Positions 36,451 to 47,535 are shown, numbered from the stretch's first letter. The stretch: 64,000 nt of DNA from Pontimicrobium sp. IMCC45349 (GCF_047219225.1 NZ_CP178208.1:2804001-2868000), one strand, 5' to 3'. Notes: a model not told the origin generated them from the letters alone. Numbers and translations are program-made.

Positions 36451-38619
36451 TTACTTTCTTTTAATCAGTACTTTTTCGTTTGTAAACTGAAACGCAGCAT
36501 CTAAAAATGCCATCATTTGTGGCCAATTTTCTTTTGGCTCGAAATTGTTTTTGTATTGCTTAGATGTTGTTACAATTAGTTTATCACCTTCAATGGTAGC
36601 TGTACTAATAAATGCACCTGCAGCATTATCTACATTTTTATTTAACTTGTCTAATCCAGCAACTGTATAGCCTTCTGGAATAGTCATAGTAATATTATAG
36701 TTAAAGGTTCTAGCATAAGAAGCGTGAACGTTACTTGTGCGTGTACGCTCTTTGTCTTCAAGGTCTATTTGACCTCCAATAAGCTTTCCAATTTCAAAAA
36801 TATGGTTAGGTCCAGCTTTTTTAACTAATATGTTTTTAGCTTTAAAACTATCTGAAAAGGCCAATTCAGAATCTGGACCAAAACGTCCTGTACTAATTAT
36901 TTTAAACTCATAATCTTCAACTTCATTTCTTTCTAAATCACTTTCGGCATACTCTTTTAAAGTTTCTTTTTGTTTGTCTTTTAGCTTTTCTATTAAGGCG
37001 TTCATTTCTTTAGTAACCTTAAGCTTTTGTTTCTTGTTTTTAATACGATCTGCTAATGTTTTTGTTTTATACTTTGCATAATCTTCATTTATATAATCTG
37101 TAAATAATAAGAATTCGTATTGGTATTCGTCTTTGGTATGTCCTTTAAACGAACTTGAAGTTGTCATATCCAGTACAGTAAAATCTTCGTTAAAAGCTAC
37201 TGTAATGTCTTTTTTATTTACATTATCTAAATGTGAAGACACAGGAAGTTTACCTCTTTTAATACCATCAATTTTATTTTTTGATTTAGTAAGTAAAAAC
37301 ACATCTGTTCCTTCAATTAATGGTGAATATTGATTTACACTCGTATGAGGTCCAAAAAATTCAACATAAAGTGGTTCTGCTGTATTAACTTTAAGTAAAA
37401 CGTTCACATTTTTTTCAATCAGTAAATCGTCAATACTACCATCGTAACGTTTTTTAGCAACAACAATTTCGTATTTGATTTTATGACGTCTTAAAAACTC
37501 TGTAAAGTGTTTTACAAATTGCTTTTCATTTTGAATAAAAACAGGATTAGTGCCATAATAGTAATATGGATATACAATATCTGCTTCGTCAGCAATAAAA
37601 GCCTCTACAAAGCGTGTTAAGTAATAATGGCGCATGTAGTAGTAAGCTTGTGTGACTTTATCAGCATCGTTTTTAAATGATTTTCCTTTTAAGAAATGCT
37701 TTAAGTCTCCTATATCTCCATCTGGTTTAAAACGATGATCGTAAAGGTCTAGTACTTCATCTTGTGATACACTTTTCTTAATAATACTTTCCTTTTTTGG
37801 AAGGAAAGCTAATGCGCGATCTTCAAACTTCCCAGAACGTGCAAAATATACCTGAAACTTATAACAAGGTAATTCTACAAGTGGATAAGACCATCTTGAA
37901 AACTCGTTCTTTTCTATGTCTGAAGCTACTAATTCGTAACGTCTAAAATTACCTTTGTTTGTTTGGATTTGTTTTAATTCTGGTGCACCATTATAAGAGT
38001 TGAAATTGATAAAGAAATCATTTTCAGTTTCAAAAAACAGTCTAAAATCCATAATTGGATATTCTTCAGAAAGAACGGTTTCAACAGGGTCAAAACCAAA
38101 AGCGTAAGTAGATTTAAAAGGCTCTACTTTAAAGAAATAAAAATCGATAATATCTCCAACTTCAAGGTTTGAAATTGCAACTTTAGTTTCGCCATCAACC
38201 TCTACAGCTTCTTCGTCAACATTTATTTCTATTTCTTTGCCATCTGGTTTAATAATTTTTACACCTACAATATTATCACCTTTTGCTCTCCAAGAGTAAC
38301 GACCTTTATTAGATCTAAAGCGCTTTTTAAATGAAAATTCTGAAAACTCTTCTACAGCAGCTTTGTCAAGTAGCTTAATACGTTTTCTAATAGATACTTT
38401 ATAAGTTACATTTTTACCAAACTTATGAAAATCGTAATTTTCGTTTTTATAGATAACTACAGCAGATTCGTTTTTCCATTTATCTGGAATATCTGTAGCA
38501 TTTTTGTATGCATCATTGGCGCCCCAAAATAGCTCTTTAGCTTCAATTTCTAGTTTGCTTTGTCCAAAAAGCGTAGCACTAAAAGCTACAAGCGCAATGG
38601 TTAAAATTCTTATTTTCAT
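36451..38619 (-). CDS. hypothetical exported protein (DUF3857/DUF3858-like partner of the transglutaminase-like protein)
   Basis: Signal peptide. 722 aa. No catalytic motif found. It is co-oriented and 9 nt downstream of the transglutaminase-like gene. Confidence 0.45.
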   Translation of the reverse strand: MKIRILTIALVAFSATLFGQSKLEIEAKELFWGANDAYKNATDIPDKWKNESAVVIYKNENYDFHKFGKNVTYKVSIRKRIKLLDKAAVEEFSEFSFKKRFRSNKGRYSWRAKGDNIVGVKIIKPDGKEIEINVDEEAVEVDGETKVAISNLEVGDIIDFYFFKVEPFKSTYAFGFDPVETVLSEEYPIMDFRLFFETENDFFINFNSYNGAPELKQIQTNKGNFRRYELVASDIEKNEFSRWSYPLVELPCYKFQVYFARSGKFEDRALAFLPKKESIIKKSVSQDEVLDLYDHRFKPDGDIGDLKHFLKGKSFKNDADKVTQAYYYMRHYYLTRFVEAFIADEADIVYPYYYYGTNPVFIQNEKQFVKHFTEFLRRHKIKYEIVVAKKRYDGSIDDLLIEKNVNVLLKVNTAEPLYVEFFGPHTSVNQYSPLIEGTDVFLLTKSKNKIDGIKRGKLPVSSHLDNVNKKDITVAFNEDFTVLDMTTSSSFKGHTKDEYQYEFLLFTDYINEDYAKYKTKTLADRIKNKKQKLKVTKEMNALIEKLKDKQKETLKEYAESDLERNEVEDYEFKIISTGRFGPDSELAFSDSFKAKNILVKKAGPNHIFEIGKLIGGQIDLEDKERTRTSNVHASYARTFNYNITMTIPEGYTVAGLDKLNKNVDNAAGAFISTATIEGDKLIVTTSKQYKNNFEPKENWPQMMAFLDAAFQFTNEKVLIKRK

Positions 38620-38628
38620 AAGTGTTTT

Positions 38629-40551
38629 TTATTGTTTGGTTAATATTATTTGTTCTTTGTAAGTGTCATCTAGTTTTTTAATGAACGTATTCCACTCATC
38701 AAAATCTGAGGTTTCTACTTTAGCATTTTTTATCACAAAACTTTTTTTACAAACCACAGCATTTCCTTCTTGTTTGAAGGTAATTGATAGGTCAAAATTA
38801 TCTTTTGAGATAGTTTTGTTTTCTGGTACGTATGTTACTTTATATCCTGCTGGAATTTGTAATGTGATTTTGGAGTCTAAGTCTTTTTTATGTCTGAAAA
38901 TATAATCGGTTTTACGATCATTTAGATCAAAATCACTAAGCTCTTTTTCAATATCTAAATCAATGTAAACTTCGCCATCAAAAGATGAAACTGCATTGTT
39001 TACTGTAATATCTGCTGTAAAATTCAAGCTTGCTTCTCTGTCGGTAACATCAGAAGCAACAATGTTAGATACTTTAATATTGCTATCGCCTTTTTCTAAA
39101 TACGATTTTAAAAATTCTTCTTTAATATCAGTTTTTAAAGAACTGAAATAGTAAAGTAAGCTTGCTCTACTTTCTCCATTATAGGTTTTTTGTACACTTC
39201 CTTTCAAGGTTTCGCCGTCAAGAGTGTAGTTGTAAGCTATATATTCTTTGTTTTCAGAATGATTAGCAGAAGGAACTGTTTTTAAGATGTATTTTTCACC
39301 ATCTTCAATTAAAACTTGTTTGCCTTGAATTCTGTCGGCATACTCACCATAGGCATTAAATTTTTCTGTACCATCAAGAAAGATGGCTTTACCATCTTTA
39401 AACAAAGTACAAATCATGTGGTTATCTACCGAAAGGTTTGGAGTAGAGTAGTCGTAGGCAATACGTTTAGTACCAATCCAAGTAAGTCTAGCGTCAAAAC
39501 CAGCTTCTATAAGCATTTGTTTTGTAAGGTTTGCCATTCCTTTACAGTCGCCATATTTTTTGTTATAAACATTGGCAGCTTCATCTGGTTTAAAACCAGC
39601 AATACCATCTTCAAAAGCGATATAACGAATGTTGTCTTGAACCCAATAATAGATATTTTTTATTTTTTCGTCGTCTGTCTTAGCGTTTTTGGTTAATTCT
39701 GCAACTTTTGCTTTAAATGGAGTTCTGTCGTTTTCTAGACTATTTGCTAAACTACTATACCAATTATATAAATCTTGAGTAGAATTAAAGATTGCTTCTT
39801 TGTCACCATTTTTAGATTGCGATTTAGCAAGAATTAATATGTGTGGATAAATATAAGTTGGACCAGGAGCGCGTTCTTCATCATACATAGCTGGTAAATC
39901 TTCAATCTTATAGGTAACTATTGTATTTTTTGTTTTGGAATCTTTGTATTCGGTTTTTTTAATGTCGTAACCTTCAAAGTTCATTTCTTTAAGCTCAATG
40001 TCTAGCCAACTAGGAATATCAAACTTTATTTCTCGTTTTACTGTTGGGTAAGAATTATTAAAATATACTTTAGTGAAGTACTTAATGTCTTTGTATTCTT
40101 TTCTAATAGTAGTGTAGTATTTATAACCATTTAAAGGAAAGTCTACATTAGCATACTTAACTCGTGTATCTATATGGAATAAATCTTCGCTCGTATAGGC
40201 TTCGTCAATAACTTGGAACCCTGCTTTCTTCTTGTTTTTGTATTTAATGGAAAACTCTGTTATTTCAGACTCACCATCGTAAAAACAATATTTTTGAATA
40301 TCTGCACGTGAGTCTAAGTTAATATGGTTTTCGTCAAGCTTGTGGTTAACGGTTACTTTATTGGTTTTTTGGTCAAAACCAAACGAAATATAGTCTTTAC
40401 TTAACTGTAATGCAATATGATCATCTTCATATTTTTCTTTAAGTGATTTAGCTTCTAGTTTGTCATTTGAATTTGGTTCAATACTTTTTTGAGAAAATGC
40501 ACTATACGAAACAAGGCATAGTAAAATAAGGTAGAATTTGTTTCTAGACAT
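38629..40551 (-). CDS. exported transglutaminase-like (papain-fold cysteine protease-like) domain protein
   Basis: Signal peptide. A transglutaminase-core-like segment KKYGDCKGMANLTKQMLIEAGFDARLTWIG (a Cys in the G-x-C context). 640 aa. Confidence 0.55.
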   Translation of the reverse strand: MSRNKFYLILLCLVSYSAFSQKSIEPNSNDKLEAKSLKEKYEDDHIALQLSKDYISFGFDQKTNKVTVNHKLDENHINLDSRADIQKYCFYDGESEITEFSIKYKNKKKAGFQVIDEAYTSEDLFHIDTRVKYANVDFPLNGYKYYTTIRKEYKDIKYFTKVYFNNSYPTVKREIKFDIPSWLDIELKEMNFEGYDIKKTEYKDSKTKNTIVTYKIEDLPAMYDEERAPGPTYIYPHILILAKSQSKNGDKEAIFNSTQDLYNWYSSLANSLENDRTPFKAKVAELTKNAKTDDEKIKNIYYWVQDNIRYIAFEDGIAGFKPDEAANVYNKKYGDCKGMANLTKQMLIEAGFDARLTWIGTKRIAYDYSTPNLSVDNHMICTLFKDGKAIFLDGTEKFNAYGEYADRIQGKQVLIEDGEKYILKTVPSANHSENKEYIAYNYTLDGETLKGSVQKTYNGESRASLLYYFSSLKTDIKEEFLKSYLEKGDSNIKVSNIVASDVTDREASLNFTADITVNNAVSSFDGEVYIDLDIEKELSDFDLNDRKTDYIFRHKKDLDSKITLQIPAGYKVTYVPENKTISKDNFDLSITFKQEGNAVVCKKSFVIKNAKVETSDFDEWNTFIKKLDDTYKEQIILTKQ

Positions 40552-40719
40552 AGGTTAATGTTTAATACAATTGTAAATATATACTTTCAATTAATTTTCT
40601 AAAACCTTTTTCTTAACAATTTATAATCAGGTAATTATTTTTTTAATCTAGTTATCGTAATAATGTATCAATTTGGATTATTGTTGCTAAATTGATATAT
40701 TTATGCTAAATTATTATAT

Positions 40720-41139
40720 ATGGATATTCAATGTTGCCCAAATTGTAGCTCAGAAAGCTACACTAAAAGTGGAATTGTAAATAACAGACAACGCTATAAG
40801 TGTAAGTCTTGTGGTTATTTTTTCTCTGTTAATAAAATGGGGAAACGTATAGATGATTATTATGTAAATAAGGCATTACAGTTATATTTAGAAGGACTTA
40901 CGTATAGAGAAATTGAGCGTATTCTTGGGATTTCTCATGTAAGTATTATGAATTGGGTTAAAAAATATAATATCAAACGACCATATAATTCTAATTACCA
41001 TCCAAGTTATAAAATTTTAAGTGCTTCAGAGCTTTCAAATTACTTTCAAAAAACTAATAACTTGTCTGGAGCTGGTGTTCTTGTAACCGAGCTTGGTGAT
41101 AAGTTTATGCTTATTAAATGGGAACGCTTTAGAGATTAG
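40720..41139 (+). CDS. InsA-like zinc-ribbon + HTH protein (IS1-type orfA-like), orphan with no transposase partner
   Basis: N-terminal C-x2-C...QRYKCKSCGYFF zinc ribbon followed by an HTH (LTYREIERILGISHVSIMNWVKKY). No InsB-like ORF follows. Confidence 0.5.
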   Translation: MDIQCCPNCSSESYTKSGIVNNRQRYKCKSCGYFFSVNKMGKRIDDYYVNKALQLYLEGLTYREIERILGISHVSIMNWVKKYNIKRPYNSNYHPSYKILSASELSNYFQKTNNLSGAGVLVTELGDKFMLIKWERFRD

Positions 41140-41250
41140 GTATATATAATTACCATTTATGTATATTGATTTTTATTTAGCTCTATCTTTTTTAGAGATT
41201 AGTAGTGCACACAAAACCAAAACTTTATTACTAACTAATCTTTAAATTTT

Positions 41251-42492
41251 ATGAAAAAACTTTATTTAATACTGTTTTGTTCAGCCTTCTTAGGCTTTCA
41301 AAATCTGTATGCACAAGGTTCTCCAGATTATAATGGAGGCTTAAAAGTGAAATTTGATGAGGAAGGAAAAAAATACCTTCGTCTCATTTCTTGGGCTCAA
41401 GTACAAGCCAGTTATAATGATGATGTTCCAGACGATGAGAGTAGTACAAGTTTTAATTTAAGACGCGCTCGTATTTTAATGTTTGCTCAAATCAATGAGA
41501 AATTCATGATTCTTACTCATTTTGGATTGAATAGCTTAAATAGTAATACAATGCATCCAGTAGGAAAAGGAGATGGTTCTCAATTATTCTTTCATGATGT
41601 TTGGGCACAATATAACTTAAGTAAAAACCATGCTGTTGGAGGTGGATTACATTACTTTAATGGTATTTCTAGGTTAAATAATCAAAGTACATTAAATATG
41701 ATGACCTTAGATAATAACCGTCAATCATGGGCGACTATAGGTTTAACGGATCAGTTTGCTAGACATATTGGAGTATTTGCTAAGGGTAAATTTGGAAAAC
41801 TTCAATATCGTGTAGCTATTAATGATGCTATTGCTAGTGATTTGGATACTAGAAATCCAGAAGATGCCGATTATGTTGGTACAACTGTTTATGGAGGTAG
41901 AGAGTATTTAGGCTCTAAAGATGCTGGAAAAATATATGCAGGTTATTTTGATTATCATTTCTTAGATCAGGAGTCAAACTTCTTACCATTTAAAGTAGGT
42001 TCATATTTAGGAGGAAAGAAAGTATTTAACATAGGAGCTGGATTCTTCTTGCATCCAAATGGTGCAGTTATTAACGAAGGAACTGTTGTTAATCCTGATT
42101 TAAAAGGAGAGGACGTTGCTATTTTTGCTGTAGATGCTTTTTACGATACACCACTTGGTGATGATGGTAGTGCTTTAACAGCATATGCTACTTATCAATC
42201 AAGCGATTATGGTAAGGACTACTTATTTAGTGCTTATGGTACAGGAAGTATGATTTATACACATGTTGGATATGTTTTTGCTGGTGATAAGGAAAAAACA
42301 AGATACCAACCTTATGTTGCGTATGCTTCTAATAGCTATGATGCAACCGATGATAATAGAAATGTTTTCAGTATAGGTGCTAATGCTTATATGAGCGGGC
42401 ACAATTCTAAACTAACCTTAGAGTATAAAAACCAAAAATTTGGTGACTCAAAAACAGGAATAGTTACACTTCAAGCAATGATATACCTATAA
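41251..42492 (+). CDS. putative outer-membrane porin
   Basis: Signal peptide. A Gly/Tyr/aromatic-rich pattern typical of beta-barrels, with a C-terminal aromatic (..QAMIYL). It lies upstream of the symporter genes. Confidence 0.5.
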   Translation: MKKLYLILFCSAFLGFQNLYAQGSPDYNGGLKVKFDEEGKKYLRLISWAQVQASYNDDVPDDESSTSFNLRRARILMFAQINEKFMILTHFGLNSLNSNTMHPVGKGDGSQLFFHDVWAQYNLSKNHAVGGGLHYFNGISRLNNQSTLNMMTLDNNRQSWATIGLTDQFARHIGVFAKGKFGKLQYRVAINDAIASDLDTRNPEDADYVGTTVYGGREYLGSKDAGKIYAGYFDYHFLDQESNFLPFKVGSYLGGKKVFNIGAGFFLHPNGAVINEGTVVNPDLKGEDVAIFAVDAFYDTPLGDDGSALTAYATYQSSDYGKDYLFSAYGTGSMIYTHVGYVFAGDKEKTRYQPYVAYASNSYDATDDNRNVFSIGANAYMSGHNSKLTLEYKNQKFGDSKTGIVTLQAMIYL

Positions 42493-42502
42493 ACTTAAAA
42501 TT

Positions 42503-42760
42503 ATGTCAGATAAAAGCAATGCTTCAGCATATTGGAAAGAAAATATTAAGTACCTATCCATTTTACTAGTTATATGGTTTGTGGTGTCTTATGGATGTGG
42601 AATTTTATTTAGAGATGCTTTAAATGAAATTAGACTTGGCGGATTTAAACTTGGATTTTGGTTCGCGCAACAAGGGTCAATATATGTATTCGTAATACTA
42701 ATTTTCGTGTATGTACGAATTATGAATAAACTAGATAAAAAATATGGTTACGACGAGTAA
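42503..42760 (+). CDS. sodium:solute symporter small subunit (DUF4212)
   Basis: An 85-aa two-TM protein (YLSILLVIWFVVSYGCGILF...GFKLGFWFAQQGSIYVFVILIFVY). It immediately precedes a VC_2705-type SSS gene. Confidence 0.7.
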   Translation: MSDKSNASAYWKENIKYLSILLVIWFVVSYGCGILFRDALNEIRLGGFKLGFWFAQQGSIYVFVILIFVYVRIMNKLDKKYGYDE

Positions 42761-42791
42761 TCTTAATTAATAACCAAAAAAATATATTATT

Positions 42792-44567
42792 ATGAGTGTT
42801 CAAACATGGACTTGGATTTTAGTTGGGATTACATTTGCCCTATATTTTGGAATTGCAATTTGGGCTAGAGCTGGTTCAACAAAAGAATTTTATGTTGCTG
42901 GAGGAGGTGTTTCTCCATTAGCAAACGGAATGGCAACTGCTGCCGACTGGATGAGTGCAGCGTCATTTATATCGATGGCTGGATTAATCTCATTCATGGG
43001 ATATGATGGTTCAGTATTCCTTATGGGATGGACAGGAGGATATGTATTATTAGCATTACTCTTGGCGCCTTATTTACGTAAGTTTGGGAAGTTTACTGTA
43101 CCAGATTTTATTGGTGATCGTTACTACTCAAATACTGCAAGAACAGTTGCTGTACTTTGTGCTTTAATTGTATCGTTTACTTATGTAGCAGGTCAAATGC
43201 GTGGTGTAGGAATTGTATTTTCGCAGTTCTTACAAGTAGATATAAATGTAGGTGTAATTATTGGTATGACAGTAGTGTTAATCTTTGCATTCTTAGGAGG
43301 AATGAAAGGGATTACATATACGCAAGTAGCACAGTATTGTGTATTAATATTTGCATTTATGGTACCAGCAATTTTTATCTCTTTACAAATGACAGGAAAC
43401 CCAATTCCACAAATAGGAATGGGAGGAAAGGTTGAAGGAGGCGCCTTCTTACTCGATAAATTAGATACATTACATACAGAACTCGGATTCAACGAATATA
43501 CAAGTGGAACAAAATCTACTTGGGATGTATTTGCAATTACTTTAGCGCTTATGGTTGGTACAGCTGGATTACCACACGTAATTGTACGTTTCTTTACAGT
43601 ACCAAAAGTAAAAGATGCACGTAAGTCTGCTGGATTAGCTTTATTATTTATTGCTATTCTTTATACAACTGCACCTGCAATTGCTGTATTTGCAAGAACA
43701 AACTTAATTGAAACTGTAAATAACAAAGAGTATACTGGAATTCCTGAATGGTTTAAAAATTGGGAAGATACAGGATTAATAGCGTGGTCTGATAAAAACA
43801 ATGATGGTAAGATTCAATACGTAGCTGGAAGTGCCTTAAATGGAAAAAAACCAGTATTTATTGATGGTAGAGGAAAAAGTGGTGAACGTATGATTTCAAA
43901 CGCTAATGATGCAGCAAATGAGTTGTACGTAGATAGAGATATTATGGTATTAGCAAATCCAGAAATTGCAAACTTACCTAATTGGGTAATTGCATTAGTA
44001 GCTGCTGGTGGTTTAGCAGCAGCATTATCTACAGCAGCTGGTTTATTATTAGTAATATCTACATCAATCTCGCACGATTTAATTAAAAAGCAATTAAAAC
44101 CAGACATCTCCGAAAAAGGAGAGCTAATGTGGGCAAGAATAGCAATTGTTTTTGCAATTATTATAGCTGGTTTATTTGGTATCTATCCACCAGGATTTGT
44201 CGCCGCAGTTGTAGCGCTAGCCTTTGGGTTGGCAGCTGCATCGTTCTTCCCTGCAATTATACTAGGTATTTTTGATAAGCGAATGAATAAGCAAGGTGCC
44301 ATTGCTGGTATGGTAGTTGGGATAACGTTAATGTTATTCTATATGATACGTTACAAAACAGGATTAATAGGTGTGATGGATCCTAGACCAGCTAGTGAGT
44401 GGTGGTTTGGTACATCGCCAGAAGGTTTTGGAACAGTAGCAATGGTAGTAAATGTTGTTGTGTCTGTTATCGTATCTAGAATGACGTCTCCGCCGCCTGC
44501 AGATGTTCAGGAAATAGTTGAAAACATCCGAATTCCTTCAGGAGCAGGAGAGGCTACACACCATTAA
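42792..44567 (+). CDS. sodium:solute symporter, VC_2705/ActP-like subfamily (probable monocarboxylate/acetate permease)
   Basis: The SSS N-terminal signature (FYVAGGGVSPLANGMATAADWMSAASFISMAGLISFMGYDG). 591 aa. It is adjacent to its small subunit and to acyl-CoA synthetase genes. Confidence 0.75.
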   Translation: MSVQTWTWILVGITFALYFGIAIWARAGSTKEFYVAGGGVSPLANGMATAADWMSAASFISMAGLISFMGYDGSVFLMGWTGGYVLLALLLAPYLRKFGKFTVPDFIGDRYYSNTARTVAVLCALIVSFTYVAGQMRGVGIVFSQFLQVDINVGVIIGMTVVLIFAFLGGMKGITYTQVAQYCVLIFAFMVPAIFISLQMTGNPIPQIGMGGKVEGGAFLLDKLDTLHTELGFNEYTSGTKSTWDVFAITLALMVGTAGLPHVIVRFFTVPKVKDARKSAGLALLFIAILYTTAPAIAVFARTNLIETVNNKEYTGIPEWFKNWEDTGLIAWSDKNNDGKIQYVAGSALNGKKPVFIDGRGKSGERMISNANDAANELYVDRDIMVLANPEIANLPNWVIALVAAGGLAAALSTAAGLLLVISTSISHDLIKKQLKPDISEKGELMWARIAIVFAIIIAGLFGIYPPGFVAAVVALAFGLAAASFFPAIILGIFDKRMNKQGAIAGMVVGITLMLFYMIRYKTGLIGVMDPRPASEWWFGTSPEGFGTVAMVVNVVVSVIVSRMTSPPPADVQEIVENIRIPSGAGEATHH

Positions 44568-44646
44568 TGTTAGATTATTAGTTAGTTAAACAGTATTGCT
44601 TTTACAGCAATACTGTTTTTTTATTACATTTATACAAGAAACTACA

Positions 44647-44841
44647 ATGAAAAAAAGACACGAACAAAAATTAGTTATACTTTCCTTTGCACTATTAGTA
44701 GTACTTAATGTGCCTTTTTTATTAGTGTTTAACATTGATGGGGTTGTATTGGGTATGCCTACTTTTTATTTTTCAATTTTTAGTGTTTGGTTAGTCTCTA
44801 TTATTGTATCATATGTAGTTTTAAAAAGGCATTATGAGTAA
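44647..44841 (+). CDS. small two-TM membrane protein preceding the SSS-domain sensor kinase (start taken at the internal Met; the ORF track begins at 44596)
   Basis: Two hydrophobic helices. It overlaps the start of the kinase gene by 8 nt. The position is analogous to the DUF4212 small subunit. Confidence 0.4.
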   Translation: MKKRHEQKLVILSFALLVVLNVPFLLVFNIDGVVLGMPTFYFSIFSVWLVSIIVSYVVLKRHYE

Positions 44842-47521
44842 CTACGCATTGGTAATTATTATAATTTCATACTTAGCGATATTATTTTATATCGCTTTTC
44901 TAGCTGAAAAAAATGCCAAAAGTAAATGGGTGAACAATCCTTTTGTGTATACATTATCATTAGCAGTTTATTGTTCTGCATGGACATATTATGGTAGCGT
45001 AGGTATTGCTGCTAATACAGGTGTAAACTTTTTGCCAATTTATTTGGGACCAGTTATTGCAGCTCCTTTATGGATTGTGGTTTTAAGGAAGATAATTAGG
45101 ATATCAAAGCAGCATAAAATTTCATCAATTGCTGATTTTATTTCGTTGCGTTACGGTAATAATCGTTTTCTAGGAGCGCTAATAACACTTATTTGTGTAG
45201 TAGCTACTGTACCATATATTTCATTACAATTAAAAGCTATTTCAGAAACATTTCAAATTATGTCGGATGAGTCAAGTTATGTTTCAACAGGAGTTTTTGA
45301 CGATTCTACATTTTATATTGCATTATTATTAGCAGTTTTTGCAACATTTTTTGGTACACAAACTACAGATGCCTCAGAGAAACATAGAGGAATTGTTGCA
45401 TCAGTAGCTTTTGAGTCTGTTTTAAAACTGGTTTTCTTTTTAGCAGTTGGTATTTATGTGACATTTTATTTATTTGATGGGACAAATGATATTTATAATC
45501 AAATTTCAAAAACTGATAACTTCTCTGTTTTAACTTCAATAGGAAGTATAGAAAATGGATTCAATTGGTTTTATATGATTATGCTGTCTTTTATGGCTAT
45601 ATTTTTATTGCCAAGGCAATTTCAAATGTCAGTAGTTGAGAACAGTAGAGAAAAACATTTGAAGCAAGCTATTTGGCTCTTTCCTCTGTATTTATTACTC
45701 TTTAACTTATTTGTAATTTTTATTGCTTGGGCAGGGAAATTGTCTTTTAACGAATCTGTAAATGCAGAGTATTTTACATTGCTATTACCATTACAACAAG
45801 ACAATACATTTTTAGCTTTATTAGTTTTTCTTGGAGGTTTTTCGGCTGTAATATCTATGGTAGTTGTATCAACATTAGCATTGTCAACTATGGTGAGTAA
45901 TAACTTAGTAATTCCTTATGGCTTTTTAGATAAATTTATAAAAGGTCATCCTGAAAAAAATGCGATGTATATAAAAAATATCAGACGTGTATCTATATTT
46001 TTAATTATTGTATTAGCTTATGTCTTTTATGTGAACTTTTCTATTGAATTATCATTGTATTCTATAGGGTTAATTTCATTTGTGATTGTGTCTCAATTAG
46101 GACCTTCGTTTTTTGTTGGCTTATATTGGAATAGAGGTTCTTCAAAAGCAGCAATAGCAGGAATAATTGTAGGTTTTTTAATTACAGCTTACACACTTAT
46201 TTTGCCATTTACTATTGAAGCTTTTACGGGTTCTAACGATTTAACAGAGTATGGTCTTTTAGGAATTTCTGCTCTAAAACCATATGCGTTATTCGGTATT
46301 GATTTTATGTCACCTCCAGCACATGCGTTTTTTTGGAGCATGTTATTTAATGTGCTTACATATTTTTCAATTTCTTTGTTATTAAAAGGGAATTATAGAG
46401 AACGTAATTATGCAGAAATGTTTGTAGATAGTAAGAACTATACTAATTTACAAGACAACGCTTTAGTTTGGAAAGGGGAAGCTTATGTTACAGATATAAA
46501 AAATGTATTAAATAAATTTTTAGGTGAAAAACGTACTGAGCGTGCTTTAAATTTATTTTTTATGAAATATAAACTGCCACAAGACACTCAAATGGCAGAT
46601 GCTAGATTGATTAATTTCTCAGAGAAACTTTTAACGGGAAGTATTGGTAGTGCATCAGCCAAAATTTTAATTGCTAGTGTAGTAAAGGAAGAAGAGATTA
46701 GTTTGGTAGAAGTGCTTAAAATTTTGGAAGAGTCTAAAGAAACGATTGCACGTAATAAGTTGCTTCGTGAAAAATCGGATGAGTTGACGTCTTTAACAGG
46801 ACAATTACAAGATGCTAATCAAGAATTGATTATTAAAGATAAGCAAAAAGATGAGTTTTTAGATACAGTCGCACACGAGTTAAAAACACCTATTACAGGA
46901 ATTAGAGCAGCTACAGAATTAATTATGGACGATGAAGATATGCCTAAAGAAATTAAGGCGCAGTTTTTATCCAATATCCTGCAAGATTCAGATAGATTAT
47001 CACGATTGATTCATAACATTTTAGATTTTGAAAAGTTATCTACAGGAAGACAGCAATTAGATATACAGCGTCATACAATCAAAAAAACAATCGATAAAGC
47101 CATTACAAGTATAAGTCAAATAGCATCTAAAAAGGAAATAGAGATTACCAATGATAGTTTAGTCGATTTTGAATTTAGTTATGATGAGGATAGAATTTTA
47201 CAAGTATTAACTAATTTATTGTCAAATGCTATTAAGTTTTGTGAGCCTAACAAAGGAAAAATAATAGTTGATTACAAGATGTTAAATGGCTTTGTAGAAG
47301 TGTATGTAAAGGATAATGGCAAAGGTGTTCCAGAAGAAGATATTAACTATATTTTCGATAAATTTTACCAGTCTAGTGATCAAAATACTATCAAGCCACA
47401 GGGCAGTGGATTAGGTTTAGCAATTAGTAAACAAATTATTGAAAATCATCATGGAAAAATTTGGGTAAAAAAGGGTAAGAAAGTTGGAGCAACCTTTGGA
47501 TTTAAGCTACCTTTTGAGTAA
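44834..47521 (+). CDS. hybrid sodium:solute-symporter-domain sensor histidine kinase (CbrA/CrbS-like)
   Basis: The N-terminal ~520 aa form a multi-TM SSS-like domain. They are followed by a coiled coil, an H-box (DTVAHELKTPITGIRAATEL) and an HATPase G2 box (GSGLGLAISKQIIENHHGKIWV). Confidence 0.8.
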   Translation: MSNYALVIIIISYLAILFYIAFLAEKNAKSKWVNNPFVYTLSLAVYCSAWTYYGSVGIAANTGVNFLPIYLGPVIAAPLWIVVLRKIIRISKQHKISSIADFISLRYGNNRFLGALITLICVVATVPYISLQLKAISETFQIMSDESSYVSTGVFDDSTFYIALLLAVFATFFGTQTTDASEKHRGIVASVAFESVLKLVFFLAVGIYVTFYLFDGTNDIYNQISKTDNFSVLTSIGSIENGFNWFYMIMLSFMAIFLLPRQFQMSVVENSREKHLKQAIWLFPLYLLLFNLFVIFIAWAGKLSFNESVNAEYFTLLLPLQQDNTFLALLVFLGGFSAVISMVVVSTLALSTMVSNNLVIPYGFLDKFIKGHPEKNAMYIKNIRRVSIFLIIVLAYVFYVNFSIELSLYSIGLISFVIVSQLGPSFFVGLYWNRGSSKAAIAGIIVGFLITAYTLILPFTIEAFTGSNDLTEYGLLGISALKPYALFGIDFMSPPAHAFFWSMLFNVLTYFSISLLLKGNYRERNYAEMFVDSKNYTNLQDNALVWKGEAYVTDIKNVLNKFLGEKRTERALNLFFMKYKLPQDTQMADARLINFSEKLLTGSIGSASAKILIASVVKEEEISLVEVLKILEESKETIARNKLLREKSDELTSLTGQLQDANQELIIKDKQKDEFLDTVAHELKTPITGIRAATELIMDDEDMPKEIKAQFLSNILQDSDRLSRLIHNILDFEKLSTGRQQLDIQRHTIKKTIDKAITSISQIASKKEIEITNDSLVDFEFSYDEDRILQVLTNLLSNAIKFCEPNKGKIIVDYKMLNGFVEVYVKDNGKGVPEEDINYIFDKFYQSSDQNTIKPQGSGLGLAISKQIIENHHGKIWVKKGKKVGATFGFKLPFE

Positions 47522-47535
47522 ATTGTATCGCTAAT

